From positions 1 to 53,993 of the forward strand of contig JACQDT010000013.1 in assembly GCA_016200965.1 (NCBI GenBank): a DNA stretch of 53,993 bases. The letters are read 5' to 3'. A program made the position numbers and the translations under genes. Source of the stretch: Candidatus Azambacteria bacterium. Its GTDB lineage: Bacteria > Patescibacteriota > Minisyncoccia > GWC2-36-17 > WO2-46-25. The first letter of the stretch is position 1; each line of letters starts with the position of its first letter. The notes under the pieces are model-generated. The model searched no databases. It was not told where the DNA came from and saw only the letters and a program-made list of their open reading frames with translations. Of this stretch, positions 35,124 through 45,808 are shown one piece after another.

Positions 35124-36782
35124 TTATTCTTTCACAAACGTGATGACCCTGTCCCCTTCCTGTATGCCTTTGAGGATTTCAATATTGCCGTCGTTTCCCC
35201 GCAGGCCCGTTTCCATTTCTCTTTCGCTCATGCTGTTGTTCGCGCCGGGAATTCGTACTATTTTCTTTCCTTCCTTGGTAATCACCGCGCGCTGAGGGAT
35301 GACGATCGCTCCCGTCCGCTTGCCGGTGACGATATCGATATTGGCAGTCATTCCCGACTTGATGCGTTCGTCTTTCTTTGTGAATTGCAGGGTCACTTTA
35401 TAGGTAGGGACTCCTTCCACAATCGTCTCCGCCGGATCAATCGCGCTTGTGACGGCGTCAAAGAACGTATCATTTCCATACGCATCAAGCGTGACTTGCG
35501 CTTCGTTGCCGATTCTCACTTTAGCAACGTCCGCCTCAGGCACATACGCTTCCATTTCAAACTGCGCCTCGGAAATAAGGGAAACAACCGATACCCCCGC
35601 GGAAACGATCTCTCCTTCCTTCGCGTCCTGGCGCGTGACTACGCCCGCAATGGGAGCCGAAAGGACGGATTTGGCGAGCTGGGCCTTGATGGTTTCTGCG
35701 TGCGCCTCCGCCTGCAAAGCGCTTGCTTCCTGCGCCGAAATTTGCTCTTTGGTATATCCCGCATATTTGAGCGCAAGCTCCGCTTCGGCGGCCGCGCGCG
35801 CATTTGCCGCATCGTTTACGCCCGCCTCCGCGGCGGAAATACTTGATTGGTTTGCCGCTTTCTGCACGGCGATCGCCTGCTGTTTGCCCGCGATCGTAAT
35901 GGCCTCCGCGCTCACGTTATTTTTTTCCGTATTCAAATTGCCCGCGTCCGCTGAAGTAAACTTGGAAAGCACCGGCACCCCGTCCAGCGCCGCCTTTACC
36001 AAAGAAAGCGCCCCCTTCATATCGCCGAGCGCTTTGTCTATGTTCTCAAACGCAGGATTGGCCTGCGCCGCGACGACGCTTCCCTTCGCTCCACCGGAAA
36101 ACTGGCTTAAATAGTCCTTGCCCGCCCGGCCCGCCCCCTGGACTCCGAGCAACGCCAGGACCGCGGCGGCTTTTCCGTCCGACACCTGTATGCCCTGCTG
36201 ATCAAGTCCAGAAAAATAAGCGTTTTGCAGATCGGTGAGCACGAACAAGGAATTAAGCGCGATGCTCGCCGATTTGACCGCGGCGGAAAGCGCGCTGTCA
36301 TAATCGTCTTTTATATCCGCATCCGCTTTGCTTTTCGCATTTTCAAGATTCACCTGCGCATCGGCAAATGATTTTTTCGCGCTTGCCGCTTTCGTTTCGG
36401 CAAGCGCTATTTCTTCAGGTCTGGTCCCGAGGCGCATCTCGTCCAATTTTGCTTCCTGGACCTCCCGCGCGGCGGATGCCTCGGCAAGCTGGGAACGCAG
36501 CTCGCTTGCGTCAAGTTCAACAAGCATTGCGCCCTGCGCAACGCGATCGCCCACAGCCGCGCGCGCGCGGACCACTCTTCCTCCTTTTTCAAATGCGAGT
36601 TGCACGCTGTGTGCCGCCTTCACCTTCCCTGTCACGCTCACTTCTTCAACAAGGTCGGCGCGCGCAGCGACCGCAAATTCATACGGCACCGTCTTGGGTG
36701 CGGCAAAATACCGCCACGCAAAAACGGCGATAAAAACCACTGCAATCGCTATTACCGCATATTTTAGGGTGAACATTTTCAT
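35124..36782 (-). CDS. Efflux membrane-fusion/adaptor subunit (MacA/HlyD-like)
   Basis: N-terminal TM, lipoyl half-motifs (VGDRVAQG, APIAGVV), long coiled coil, GMTAN. Confidence 0.92.
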   Translation of the reverse strand: MKMFTLKYAVIAIAVVFIAVFAWRYFAAPKTVPYEFAVAARADLVEEVSVTGKVKAAHSVQLAFEKGGRVVRARAAVGDRVAQGAMLVELDASELRSQLAEASAAREVQEAKLDEMRLGTRPEEIALAETKAASAKKSFADAQVNLENAKSKADADIKDDYDSALSAAVKSASIALNSLFVLTDLQNAYFSGLDQQGIQVSDGKAAAVLALLGVQGAGRAGKDYLSQFSGGAKGSVVAAQANPAFENIDKALGDMKGALSLVKAALDGVPVLSKFTSADAGNLNTEKNNVSAEAITIAGKQQAIAVQKAANQSSISAAEAGVNDAANARAAAEAELALKYAGYTKEQISAQEASALQAEAHAETIKAQLAKSVLSAPIAGVVTRQDAKEGEIVSAGVSVVSLISEAQFEMEAYVPEADVAKVRIGNEAQVTLDAYGNDTFFDAVTSAIDPAETIVEGVPTYKVTLQFTKKDERIKSGMTANIDIVTGKRTGAIVIPQRAVITKEGKKIVRIPGANNSMSEREMETGLRGNDGNIEILKGIQEGDRVITFVKE

Positions 36783-36829
36783 GTGCTATCCTTGCATCAT
36801 AAACGCGTTATGCAATTCTGTAAACCGCA

Positions 36830-37288
36830 TTATTTCAACGACAACGACTTGATGGGCACCATGACTGCGCGCGGATCTTTTTTCCACGCGTCGGACACGT
36901 CCGCGTATAGCTCAAGCTCGTTGCCGTCCGGATCAAGCACGTACAAACTATGCGTCACGCCGTGATCGCTCGCGCCGACAATGTGCACGTCTTTTTTGCG
37001 GAGCTCGCGCCATACCGCGCGAAGCGCTTCCGGCCCGTCGCCGATTTTAAAACCAATGTGATAGAGACCGGGCTTCGGCGCCCGATGTGGCTCCGGCTCT
37101 CCGCCTATTTCAATAAGTAAAAGCTCGTGATGCGTCCTGCCCGAAGAAAAAAGCGCGATTCCCGCTTGGCCAAGCGCGTGCTCGTCCCGCGCGATCTCAT
37201 GAAACCCCAGCGTGTCGCGATAAAAGTCGGCGGAACGCTTCAGATCGCTTACATACAGCACCACATGCCCCAACTCTTTGATAGTCAT
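36830..37288 (-). CDS. VOC/glyoxalase-family protein
   Basis: LGHVVLYVSDL, GLYHIGF, SLYVLDPDGNELEL. Confidence 0.92.
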   Translation of the reverse strand: MTIKELGHVVLYVSDLKRSADFYRDTLGFHEIARDEHALGQAGIALFSSGRTHHELLLIEIGGEPEPHRAPKPGLYHIGFKIGDGPEALRAVWRELRKKDVHIVGASDHGVTHSLYVLDPDGNELELYADVSDAWKKDPRAVMVPIKSLSLK

Positions 37289-37365
37289 GTAATCAGCATA
37301 CACTGGTTTTTAAAAAAGAAAAATCTTTGTCAAAACTTTTATTCTATACTACAATAAGCGTCATT

Positions 37366-38370
37366 ATGTCATTTTCCATCGGCATCGTCGGGCTTCCGAA
37401 CGTGGGTAAATCAACGTTGTTTAAAGCGCTCACGAAAAAACAGGTGGACATCCAGAATTATCCGTTCTGCACCATAGACCCAAACGTGGGCGTGGTGACG
37501 GTTCCCGATGAGCGGCTGGACAAGCTCGCGGCGTTCTCGCATTCAAAAAAAACAGTGCCGACGGTGATAGAATTTTTCGATATCGCGGGTCTCGTGAAGG
37601 GCGCGCACGAGGGTGAGGGGCTTGGCAACCAGTTTTTGTCGCACATCAAAGAAACCAAAGCCATCGCGCACGTGGTGAACCTTGAGCTGATATTTGCCGA
37701 CCTTGCCGCAACAACGAGGCGGCTCGAAAAAAACGCGCGCGACGCACGGGCCGGCGTTAAAGAAGCCGTTGCCCAAAAAGCGACGCTCGAAAAAATAAAA
37801 ACCGCCCTTGAAACCGGGGCGCTCGCCCATACACTATCGTTTACCGACCAAGAAATACCATTCGTAAAAGAGCTTAATCTTCTTACCTCAAAACCCATCC
37901 TCTACGTGTTAAACAAAAAAACAGGCGCCAAAAACGTTGAGGGGGTAACCGCGTATCTTTCCAAAAACAATCTCGCGTGGGTAATGCTTGATGCCAACAC
38001 CGAGCTGATGCTCGGCGAGCTTCAAGAAAATGACCGAAAAGAATATCAAAAAGAATTCGGGCTTTCGGAACAATCGGGGCTGGATGATCTTATCAAAAAA
38101 AGCTACGAGCTTTTGGGGCTTATCACGTACCTCACCACCGGCGAAGACGAAACGCGGGCATGGACGATACGGCGCGGCACTAAAGCGCCGCAGGCGGCTG
38201 CCGAAATCCACACCGATTTTGAAAAGAAATTCATCCGCGCCGAAGTTATCAACTGGCAAATACTGCTAGATGCCGGCTCCTACGCCGCCGCACGCGAAAA
38301 AGGCCTGCTCCGCACCGAAGGGAAAGAGTACGTCGTGAAAGACGGCGACGTGATGGAGTTTAAGATTTAA
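37366..38370 (+). CDS. ychF: Redox-regulated ATPase YchF, with an internal in-frame deletion
   Basis: GLPNVGKST, NYPFCTIDPN, GEGLGNQFL, TGS domain; AHVV is joined directly to NLELI. Confidence 0.95.
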   Translation: MSFSIGIVGLPNVGKSTLFKALTKKQVDIQNYPFCTIDPNVGVVTVPDERLDKLAAFSHSKKTVPTVIEFFDIAGLVKGAHEGEGLGNQFLSHIKETKAIAHVVNLELIFADLAATTRRLEKNARDARAGVKEAVAQKATLEKIKTALETGALAHTLSFTDQEIPFVKELNLLTSKPILYVLNKKTGAKNVEGVTAYLSKNNLAWVMLDANTELMLGELQENDRKEYQKEFGLSEQSGLDDLIKKSYELLGLITYLTTGEDETRAWTIRRGTKAPQAAAEIHTDFEKKFIRAEVINWQILLDAGSYAAAREKGLLRTEGKEYVVKDGDVMEFKI

Positions 38371-38413
38371 GCATGCGTATGTTGATAGACATGCGCTAAC
38401 CTTACAATTTCCA

Positions 38414-38453
38414 TCATGTCGTTATTCCCGCTATCGCTGGAATAACGACATGA
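38414..38453. repeat. Palindrome of the CATGTCGTTAT family, copy A
   Basis: TCATGTCGTTATTCC-CGCTATCGCT-GGAATAACGACATGA. Confidence 0.9.
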
Positions 38454-38465
38454 CTGCTACAATCA

Positions 38466-39038
38466 TCACACATGGAAACGACGCTTCAAATCAAGCTCAT
38501 TATCCACTTCTTTCGCCGTCACAAATCGAACATACGGCTTCACTTCAAATAGCTCCGCAAGAAAATCTATTTCATCCCTGCAGGGATACGGATGCACAAA
38601 AACGCTTTTCTGCATCTGGAGAAAACCGGCGCGCTTCAGCTTCCCCGCAAGCGCGTCCCTTCCCTTTTTATGCCGCTCGGGGATATCAAACATCACCAGC
38701 CGCCACAAACCATCCCAGCGCGCGGGTTTTTTAACACATACCGCCTCCGGATGATACTGAAGCGCGCGGCGCTTCCCTTGCTCGTTCAAAACAAGCGTGA
38801 GGGTGCCGTCTTCGTGTTCTTGGTAATCAATAAGCTTTGATTGATAAAGTCGCCGTATGGAGTCCCGCAAGCTCCGCTGATTGATCTTTTGCCACTCCTT
38901 CACCGCAGATTTGATAAGGAAAATAGTCCTGTCCGGACGGCGAGAAAATGAAAGCGCGAAACCGGCGTACAGCAACAACAGTGTTTTCTGCGCCACCTGC
39001 CCCATCTTTTCCCTCTGTTTCGTCTTGGTGATCATCAT
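38466..39038 (-). CDS. PaaX/Cas2-like protein (wHTH plus Cas2-like ferredoxin fold)
   Basis: IRRLYQSKLI...LNEQG wHTH; WDGLWRLVMFDIPE...RDAL..KL...GF.QMQKSVF. Confidence 0.88.
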   Translation of the reverse strand: MMITKTKQREKMGQVAQKTLLLLYAGFALSFSRRPDRTIFLIKSAVKEWQKINQRSLRDSIRRLYQSKLIDYQEHEDGTLTLVLNEQGKRRALQYHPEAVCVKKPARWDGLWRLVMFDIPERHKKGRDALAGKLKRAGFLQMQKSVFVHPYPCRDEIDFLAELFEVKPYVRFVTAKEVDNELDLKRRFHV

Positions 39039-39070
39039 AGAAAATCATGTAAAATCGTTGATTGAAACCC

Positions 39071-39108
39071 CATGTCGTTATTCCCGCTATCGCGCGAATA
39101 ACGACATG
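39071..39108. repeat. Palindrome of the CATGTCGTTAT family, copy B
   Basis: CATGTCGTTATTCCCGCTATCGCGCGAATAACGACATG. Confidence 0.9.
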
Positions 39109-39154
39109 AATGTAGATATAGAGTAATATAAATTTCCGGGTAAAACAAAAAATC

Positions 39155-39217
39155 CTCCGCACCGAGGGAAAGGGATACGTCGTAAAAGACGGGGATGTTA
39201 TGGAATTCAAAATCTAA
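39155..39217 (+). repeat. Diverged duplicate of the ychF 3' end
   Basis: Encodes LRTEGKGYVVKDGDVMEFKI*, with mostly synonymous differences from the gene. Confidence 0.9.
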
Positions 39218-39231
39218 AGCGACTCTTATAT

Positions 39232-39269
39232 TCCACCCATTTTCCCGCATATGCGGGAAAATGGGTGGA
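39232..39269. repeat. Perfect 38-bp palindrome
   Basis: TCCACCCATTTTCCCGCAT|ATGCGGGAAAATGGGTGGA. Confidence 0.9.
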
Positions 39270-39355
39270 CATGGATACTTGTCACGCGCAAGAGAAAATA
39301 CTGTTTCAGAAGTCCGACTTCTGAATATCTAATCGAGCTTAGCCACTATCAAAAC

Positions 39356-39679
39356 TTAATCTTCAACCAGCTCTATTGATTCGATACCTCTTACAGGAAC
39401 ATAATTATGACGACCACTATCACTTTCAGTAATGCTCACAGTAGCACCAGTACTTCGGTGTCCTCCAATGGTTATTTCCATCTTCGGAATCCCTCCTTTT
39501 TTAGAATAGGAACCGAGCGAATCCACTATACCTTCAAGCGACCTTGTTTCACCATCTTTGATTTTTAGAGTAATCCTGATCTTCTTTTTTGATTCTTTGG
39601 CGTCCTGCAACACATCACACATTTCAAAAATACGTCTAGGTTCAATAGGGCTGGGTTCTTCGTAGTGCTCTTTTGGCAT
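39356..39679 (-). CDS. Hypothetical small beta-barrel protein
   Basis: 107-aa AT-rich ORF; LEGIVDSL...VPVRGIESIE is Sm/SH3-like. Confidence 0.6.
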   Translation of the reverse strand: MPKEHYEEPSPIEPRRIFEMCDVLQDAKESKKKIRITLKIKDGETRSLEGIVDSLGSYSKKGGIPKMEITIGGHRSTGATVSITESDSGRHNYVPVRGIESIELVED

Positions 39680-39801
39680 ACTTATTCAAGCTTAATGATA
39701 TGCCTCTAGTGTATCCCCCCCCTTTCACAAAGGAGTCAACATGGGCTTTTGCACAGTACAAAAACAAAAAAACGGCCATCTTGGCCGTTTTTTTGATCTG
39801 G

Positions 39802-40029
39802 CTATTTCGCGACCTGCAATTTTTCAAATTCCTCCACCGAGAGTTCGGCGTCACGGAGTATTTTTCTGATAAGAGATTTGTCTATTGCTTTATAGTCGGG
39901 AACAGTTACTGATTTTCTTCCGAAGCATTCCAAGCGAACATGGCTACCGCGCTGTCGTGTCGCGCGATAGCCCAATTTTCCTAAAATCTTGATTAAACTT
40001 TTTCCAGAGATGCTTCGCGGCTTTGGCAT
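39802..40029 (-). CDS. hicA: HicA-family toxin
   Basis: LIKILGKLGY..RQRGSH...VTVP...IRKILRDAEL. Confidence 0.9.
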   Translation of the reverse strand: MPKPRSISGKSLIKILGKLGYRATRQRGSHVRLECFGRKSVTVPDYKAIDKSLIRKILRDAELSVEEFEKLQVAK

Positions 40030-40030
40030 A

Positions 40031-40282
40031 TTATACCGCAATAGTATGCAAGCTGATTTCTCGCGGATGATATTCTTTCAAAATTTGCCGCGATTTCTTT
40101 TCTTCAAGAATCAGCTCAATAACCTCTCTGATATTACGCAATGCTTCGTCAATCGTCTTCCCTTGCGTATAACATCCCTCAAAAAGCGGACATTCCACCA
40201 CATAAAAACCGTCCTCTCCCTTCTCCATTAAAAGAGGAAGCCGTGGATCGGTAGATAATATCTTTGATTTCTCCTTTTTCAT
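40031..40282 (-). CDS. hicB: HicB-family antitoxin
   Basis: EDGFYVVECPLFEGCYTQGKTIDEALRNIREVIEL. Confidence 0.92.
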   Translation of the reverse strand: MKKEKSKILSTDPRLPLLMEKGEDGFYVVECPLFEGCYTQGKTIDEALRNIREVIELILEEKKSRQILKEYHPREISLHTIAV

Positions 40283-40329
40283 ACTCACATTTTATCAAGC
40301 CGAAAAGACATTGTCAATTTAAACAAAAT

Positions 40330-40397
40330 GCCTGCTCCGCACCGAAGGGAAAGAGTACGTCGTGAAAGACGGCGACGTGGCGGAGTTTAAGATTTGA
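40330..40397 (+). repeat. Near-identical duplicate of the ychF 3' end (65/68 nt vs 38303-38370)
   Basis: Direct alignment; encodes LLRTEGKEYVVKDGDVAEFKI*. Confidence 0.93.
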
Positions 40398-40602
40398 CAG
40401 CCGCCTTGAAACCGGCTTCTTCGATTACTTTAATGACGTCCGCGTCTTTTATTTTCGTCTCGTCGTATTCCACTTCTCCCTTTTTTGTCTCATAGTTCAC
40501 TTTCGCGGAAGCGACGCCTTCCGTATTGGACAAAAACAATTCAATGCCCGTTGAGCACGCCCCGCAATGCATTCCCTCAATGTTGTATGTTTTCTTTACC
40601 AT
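40387..40602 (-). CDS. CopZ-like heavy-metal chaperone (HMA)
   Basis: GMHCGAC. Confidence 0.92.
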   Translation of the reverse strand: MVKKTYNIEGMHCGACSTGIELFLSNTEGVASAKVNYETKKGEVEYDETKIKDADVIKVIEEAGFKAAVKS

Positions 40603-40606
40603 ATTA

Positions 40607-43036
<2,430 letters not shown>

Positions 43037-43059
43037 GTATTTATCTTATTATATCTGAT

Positions 43060-43458
43060 ATGAATAAATTTGTCACAATGACCTTATTCGCCGTCTTTCT
43101 CGTCGTAAGCGGCATCGTCTATCAAAACTTTTACCGGCCCGCATCGATTGCTCCGGTAAAAGCATCGGGAAACATAAAGGAAGTAAAGGTGCGCGTACTT
43201 GAAAACAAATGGAAGTGGTCGCCCGATATCATTGAGGCAAAAATCGGCGACACGGTGATACTTAAAATCTTCAACGAAGATCCGTTTGATCACGGCTTCG
43301 CGCTTGAACAATTCGGCATCAACAAACGACTGTTCCCCAAACGCGAAACCACGATAGAATTCGTCGCTTCCAAGATAGGCGCCTTCAGTTTCTATTGCTC
43401 CGTCCCCTGCGGTGAAGGGCACTACGTGCAAACCGGGACTTTTATTGTGACGGAGTAG
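43060..43458 (+). CDS. Cupredoxin-domain protein
   Basis: DHGF...FYCSVPCGEGH. Confidence 0.88.
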   Translation: MNKFVTMTLFAVFLVVSGIVYQNFYRPASIAPVKASGNIKEVKVRVLENKWKWSPDIIEAKIGDTVILKIFNEDPFDHGFALEQFGINKRLFPKRETTIEFVASKIGAFSFYCSVPCGEGHYVQTGTFIVTE

Positions 43459-44159
43459 CGGCGTCCTTTTTTCTGTTGTCAATACTCCACTTGCCCGCGC
43501 CAAGCGCCCACAAGGCAAACGCGGCGGCAATCACTCCGATGTCCCGCGAAAGCGTCGGGTCTCATATTCCATATCATCAGCGCCACGAACAAGGGCGTCA
43601 CGTATCTCGTGAGCAGTCCCAGCAACAAAAAAACCGCCAATACAAACTCAACGGAACCGACTAACACGGCGCCGCCCGTCATCTGCTGATATCCGGACAA
43701 CAAAAGCGCAACGGTTAAGCCGGCACGCAAAATTACCGGCGCGTACGTACTCCATTTTTCTGACACAAGCGCCCACAGTCCAAGCGCTGAACCGATAAGC
43801 CCCGCGTCAAGCAGGAGCGTTTTGTCGCTGGTGTTCAAGCCGTACTTAAACGTAATGGAACCGAAAATGGCAACCACCAAAAACGCGGCCATCGGCGCGG
43901 CGTATCTGGTCATCCATCCCGCAAAAAGAGAAATCCCCAACATCCCCTCGCACAGCCCTATATAATAATTCATCGCCGACGCCATGCCCAAGCTCATCGT
44001 CCACTGCCATGATTCCAGCGTGAAAATCAACTGAATTTCGGACGTTCCCTGCTTAGGAAACATGAGCTTCTGCGCGCCAAAAAGCAAAAATACCACACCA
44101 AGTCCACACCGTAAAAGCACAGGAGAGTAGCGTTTTAATTTTTCCGCGAATTCCGTCAT
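43442..44159 (-). pseudogene. Duplicated DoxX-family membrane protein, frameshifted near 43563
   Basis: LLRCGLGVVFLLFGAQK. The expected C-terminus DPTLSRDIGVIAAAFALWALGAGKWSID lies in another frame, ending at 43442. Confidence 0.7.
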
Positions 44160-44164
44160 ATGGT

Positions 44165-44428
44165 TTACGCCGACATTGCTTTTAGCTTTGCTATCAATGA
44201 ATTCTTATCAAACCCGCCCGTCGTGAAAAGCTCGCCATTTAAAATGATGCCCGGCGAAGCGAAAATCATGTATTTTTGCGCAAGTTCCTGCCCGCGATCG
44301 GTCGTCACATCCACGCGGTCAAACCGCACGTTCGGAAAGTCGCCTTTGATCGTTTCCCACAGCGCCTCCAATTCTTTGCAGGTGTGGCATCCGGGCGAAA
44401 ATACTTCTTCTAATAGTACTTGTTGCAT
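44165..44428 (-). CDS. Thioredoxin-family protein
   Basis: SPGCHTC, ELAQKYMIFASPGIILNG; ATG at 44428. Confidence 0.88.
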   Translation of the reverse strand: MQQVLLEEVFSPGCHTCKELEALWETIKGDFPNVRFDRVDVTTDRGQELAQKYMIFASPGIILNGELFTTGGFDKNSLIAKLKAMSA

Positions 44429-44470
44429 TTTTTCCAGTATACCACGAAACGAAGGGTGCGCACAAAACAA

Positions 44471-45028
44471 TTAATGGTCTCCCCCGCATCCGTCGGACAA
44501 ATTCCACACCTCGGTTATTTGCTCCCCGGTAAATCCGTGATGTTGAATGAGAAACTTTGCCAAACCGCCGTACACATACCACCGCCAGCACTTACAGCAA
44601 CACGGCCCTTTTTCATTTGCATTCGCCATGGCATAGTCATATGCTTCCTGCTCTTTCGGCGTTAATGACGTGTCATAATAGCCTAGAAGTTTTTTTGCGA
44701 GCGCCGCGTCAATATCGTACGGATCAGACGGGATTTCGGAAATGGCGCTGTATTTTTTAAGTCCTTGCACCTGCTCGCTGTAACGATGAAAGCTCATCGG
44801 ACTGCAACAGGAGCCCTGCAAGCGTGCGCCGTCCGGCATGGAAAGGATGGAATCCTTGAAAAGCGCCGAACAGGACGAGTTGCCGTTTTTACTCAACACC
44901 TCAAACTTCGCGGCAAGCGCCTGACTGACTAATCCGCCTGATTCTCTTTTTGAGGAAGAAACGAAATAAAACGCTCCGCCCACAAGCACGCCGGCAATAA
45001 GAAGTGAGATAATAATCCGTATATTCAT
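44471..45028 (-). CDS. Membrane-anchored Cys-rich hypothetical protein
   Basis: N-terminal TM from ATG 45028; GSCCSP, GPCCCKC, DGCGG. Confidence 0.75.
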   Translation of the reverse strand: MNIRIIISLLIAGVLVGGAFYFVSSSKRESGGLVSQALAAKFEVLSKNGNSSCSALFKDSILSMPDGARLQGSCCSPMSFHRYSEQVQGLKKYSAISEIPSDPYDIDAALAKKLLGYYDTSLTPKEQEAYDYAMANANEKGPCCCKCWRWYVYGGLAKFLIQHHGFTGEQITEVWNLSDGCGGDH

Positions 45029-45034
45029 ATTGTT

Positions 45035-45218
45035 ATACTCTGCATTCCAAAACGATATTTTTTGTGCGCCTCCCTCTTGAGTGCGCGAGCAAAAAAGCAT
45101 TTTTGTTGGCTTCCCCGTTTTGGGTCCGGCAAGGCAAAAATGCTTTTCTGTCGCGCACAGCCGCAAGGTTCCCACTGCCAGCCCGATACAAAAAATATCG
45201 TTTTAGAATGCAGAGTAT
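45035..45218. mobile_element. 184-bp MITE-like hairpin element
   Basis: 31-bp terminal inverted repeats ATACTCTGCATTCCAAAACGATATTTTTTGT / ACAAAAAATATCGTTTTAGAATGCAGAGTAT (1 mismatch) plus an inner stem. Confidence 0.75.
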
Positions 45219-45227
45219 TTATATTAT

Positions 45228-45797
45228 TTAACATGTCGGGGCGGCCGCGATGTCGCGCGAAACAAGCGCAAGCGAAACCACAAGCAAGAGCGCGCCCAGC
45301 GCTCCGAACTCCGCGCCTCCTAAAGGAAAAAGTGCGAGCACGCCCGCGCCGCCCCAAAACGCAAGAAAGGAGTTCAGCAAAAGCGATCCACACGCCGCGC
45401 ATCCTATCCCCAAGGCGCCGCCAGCAAGTCCCCCTAAACCAGCTATCGCTTCTTTTGGTTTCACCATCGTTTTTTTTCTCCTTAAACGATACACCATCAT
45501 GGCACTGTTAATGCCGAACAACGCTGAAATAGCAATGGTGGAAAAAGCGGAAAGCGCGGTGAAATTCATCCCGATGCTGCCAAGAAGCGCTCCGACAAAT
45601 TTTACTTTTGCGGCGAATGAAACCGCAGGACTTCCGAATATGTCCGCGATCAACGAGGCATTGGGAAGCAACACTGCGAGCATAAACACCGCAACGCCGC
45701 TTGCAACCGCAAGCGTCATGTACGAAGGGCGGCGAAATACTTGCATCGCCGCTTTCATTATTACTGCCTTGTGATAACGCAATCGCGCGATGATCAT
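45228..45797 (-). CDS. Membrane protein with GCAACG motif
   Basis: About 4 hydrophobic segments, intramembrane CxxC. Confidence 0.75.
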   Translation of the reverse strand: MIIARLRYHKAVIMKAAMQVFRRPSYMTLAVASGVAVFMLAVLLPNASLIADIFGSPAVSFAAKVKFVGALLGSIGMNFTALSAFSTIAISALFGINSAMMVYRLRRKKTMVKPKEAIAGLGGLAGGALGIGCAACGSLLLNSFLAFWGGAGVLALFPLGGAEFGALGALLLVVSLALVSRDIAAAPTC

Positions 45798-45808
45798 GTT
45801 GTGTCCTG

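Noticed and set aside
38414-39108. CRISPR-Cas locus (Cas2-like gene plus ~38-bp palindromic repeats)
   Set aside because: Only two repeats, ~620 bp apart, with no spacer array and no cas1 or effector; the protein has PaaX-like architecture.
45029-45175. N-terminal extension of the 44471 ORF and plus-strand ORFs at 45025-45511
   Set aside because: They run through the MITE-like hairpin; the TM segment begins right after ATG 45028.
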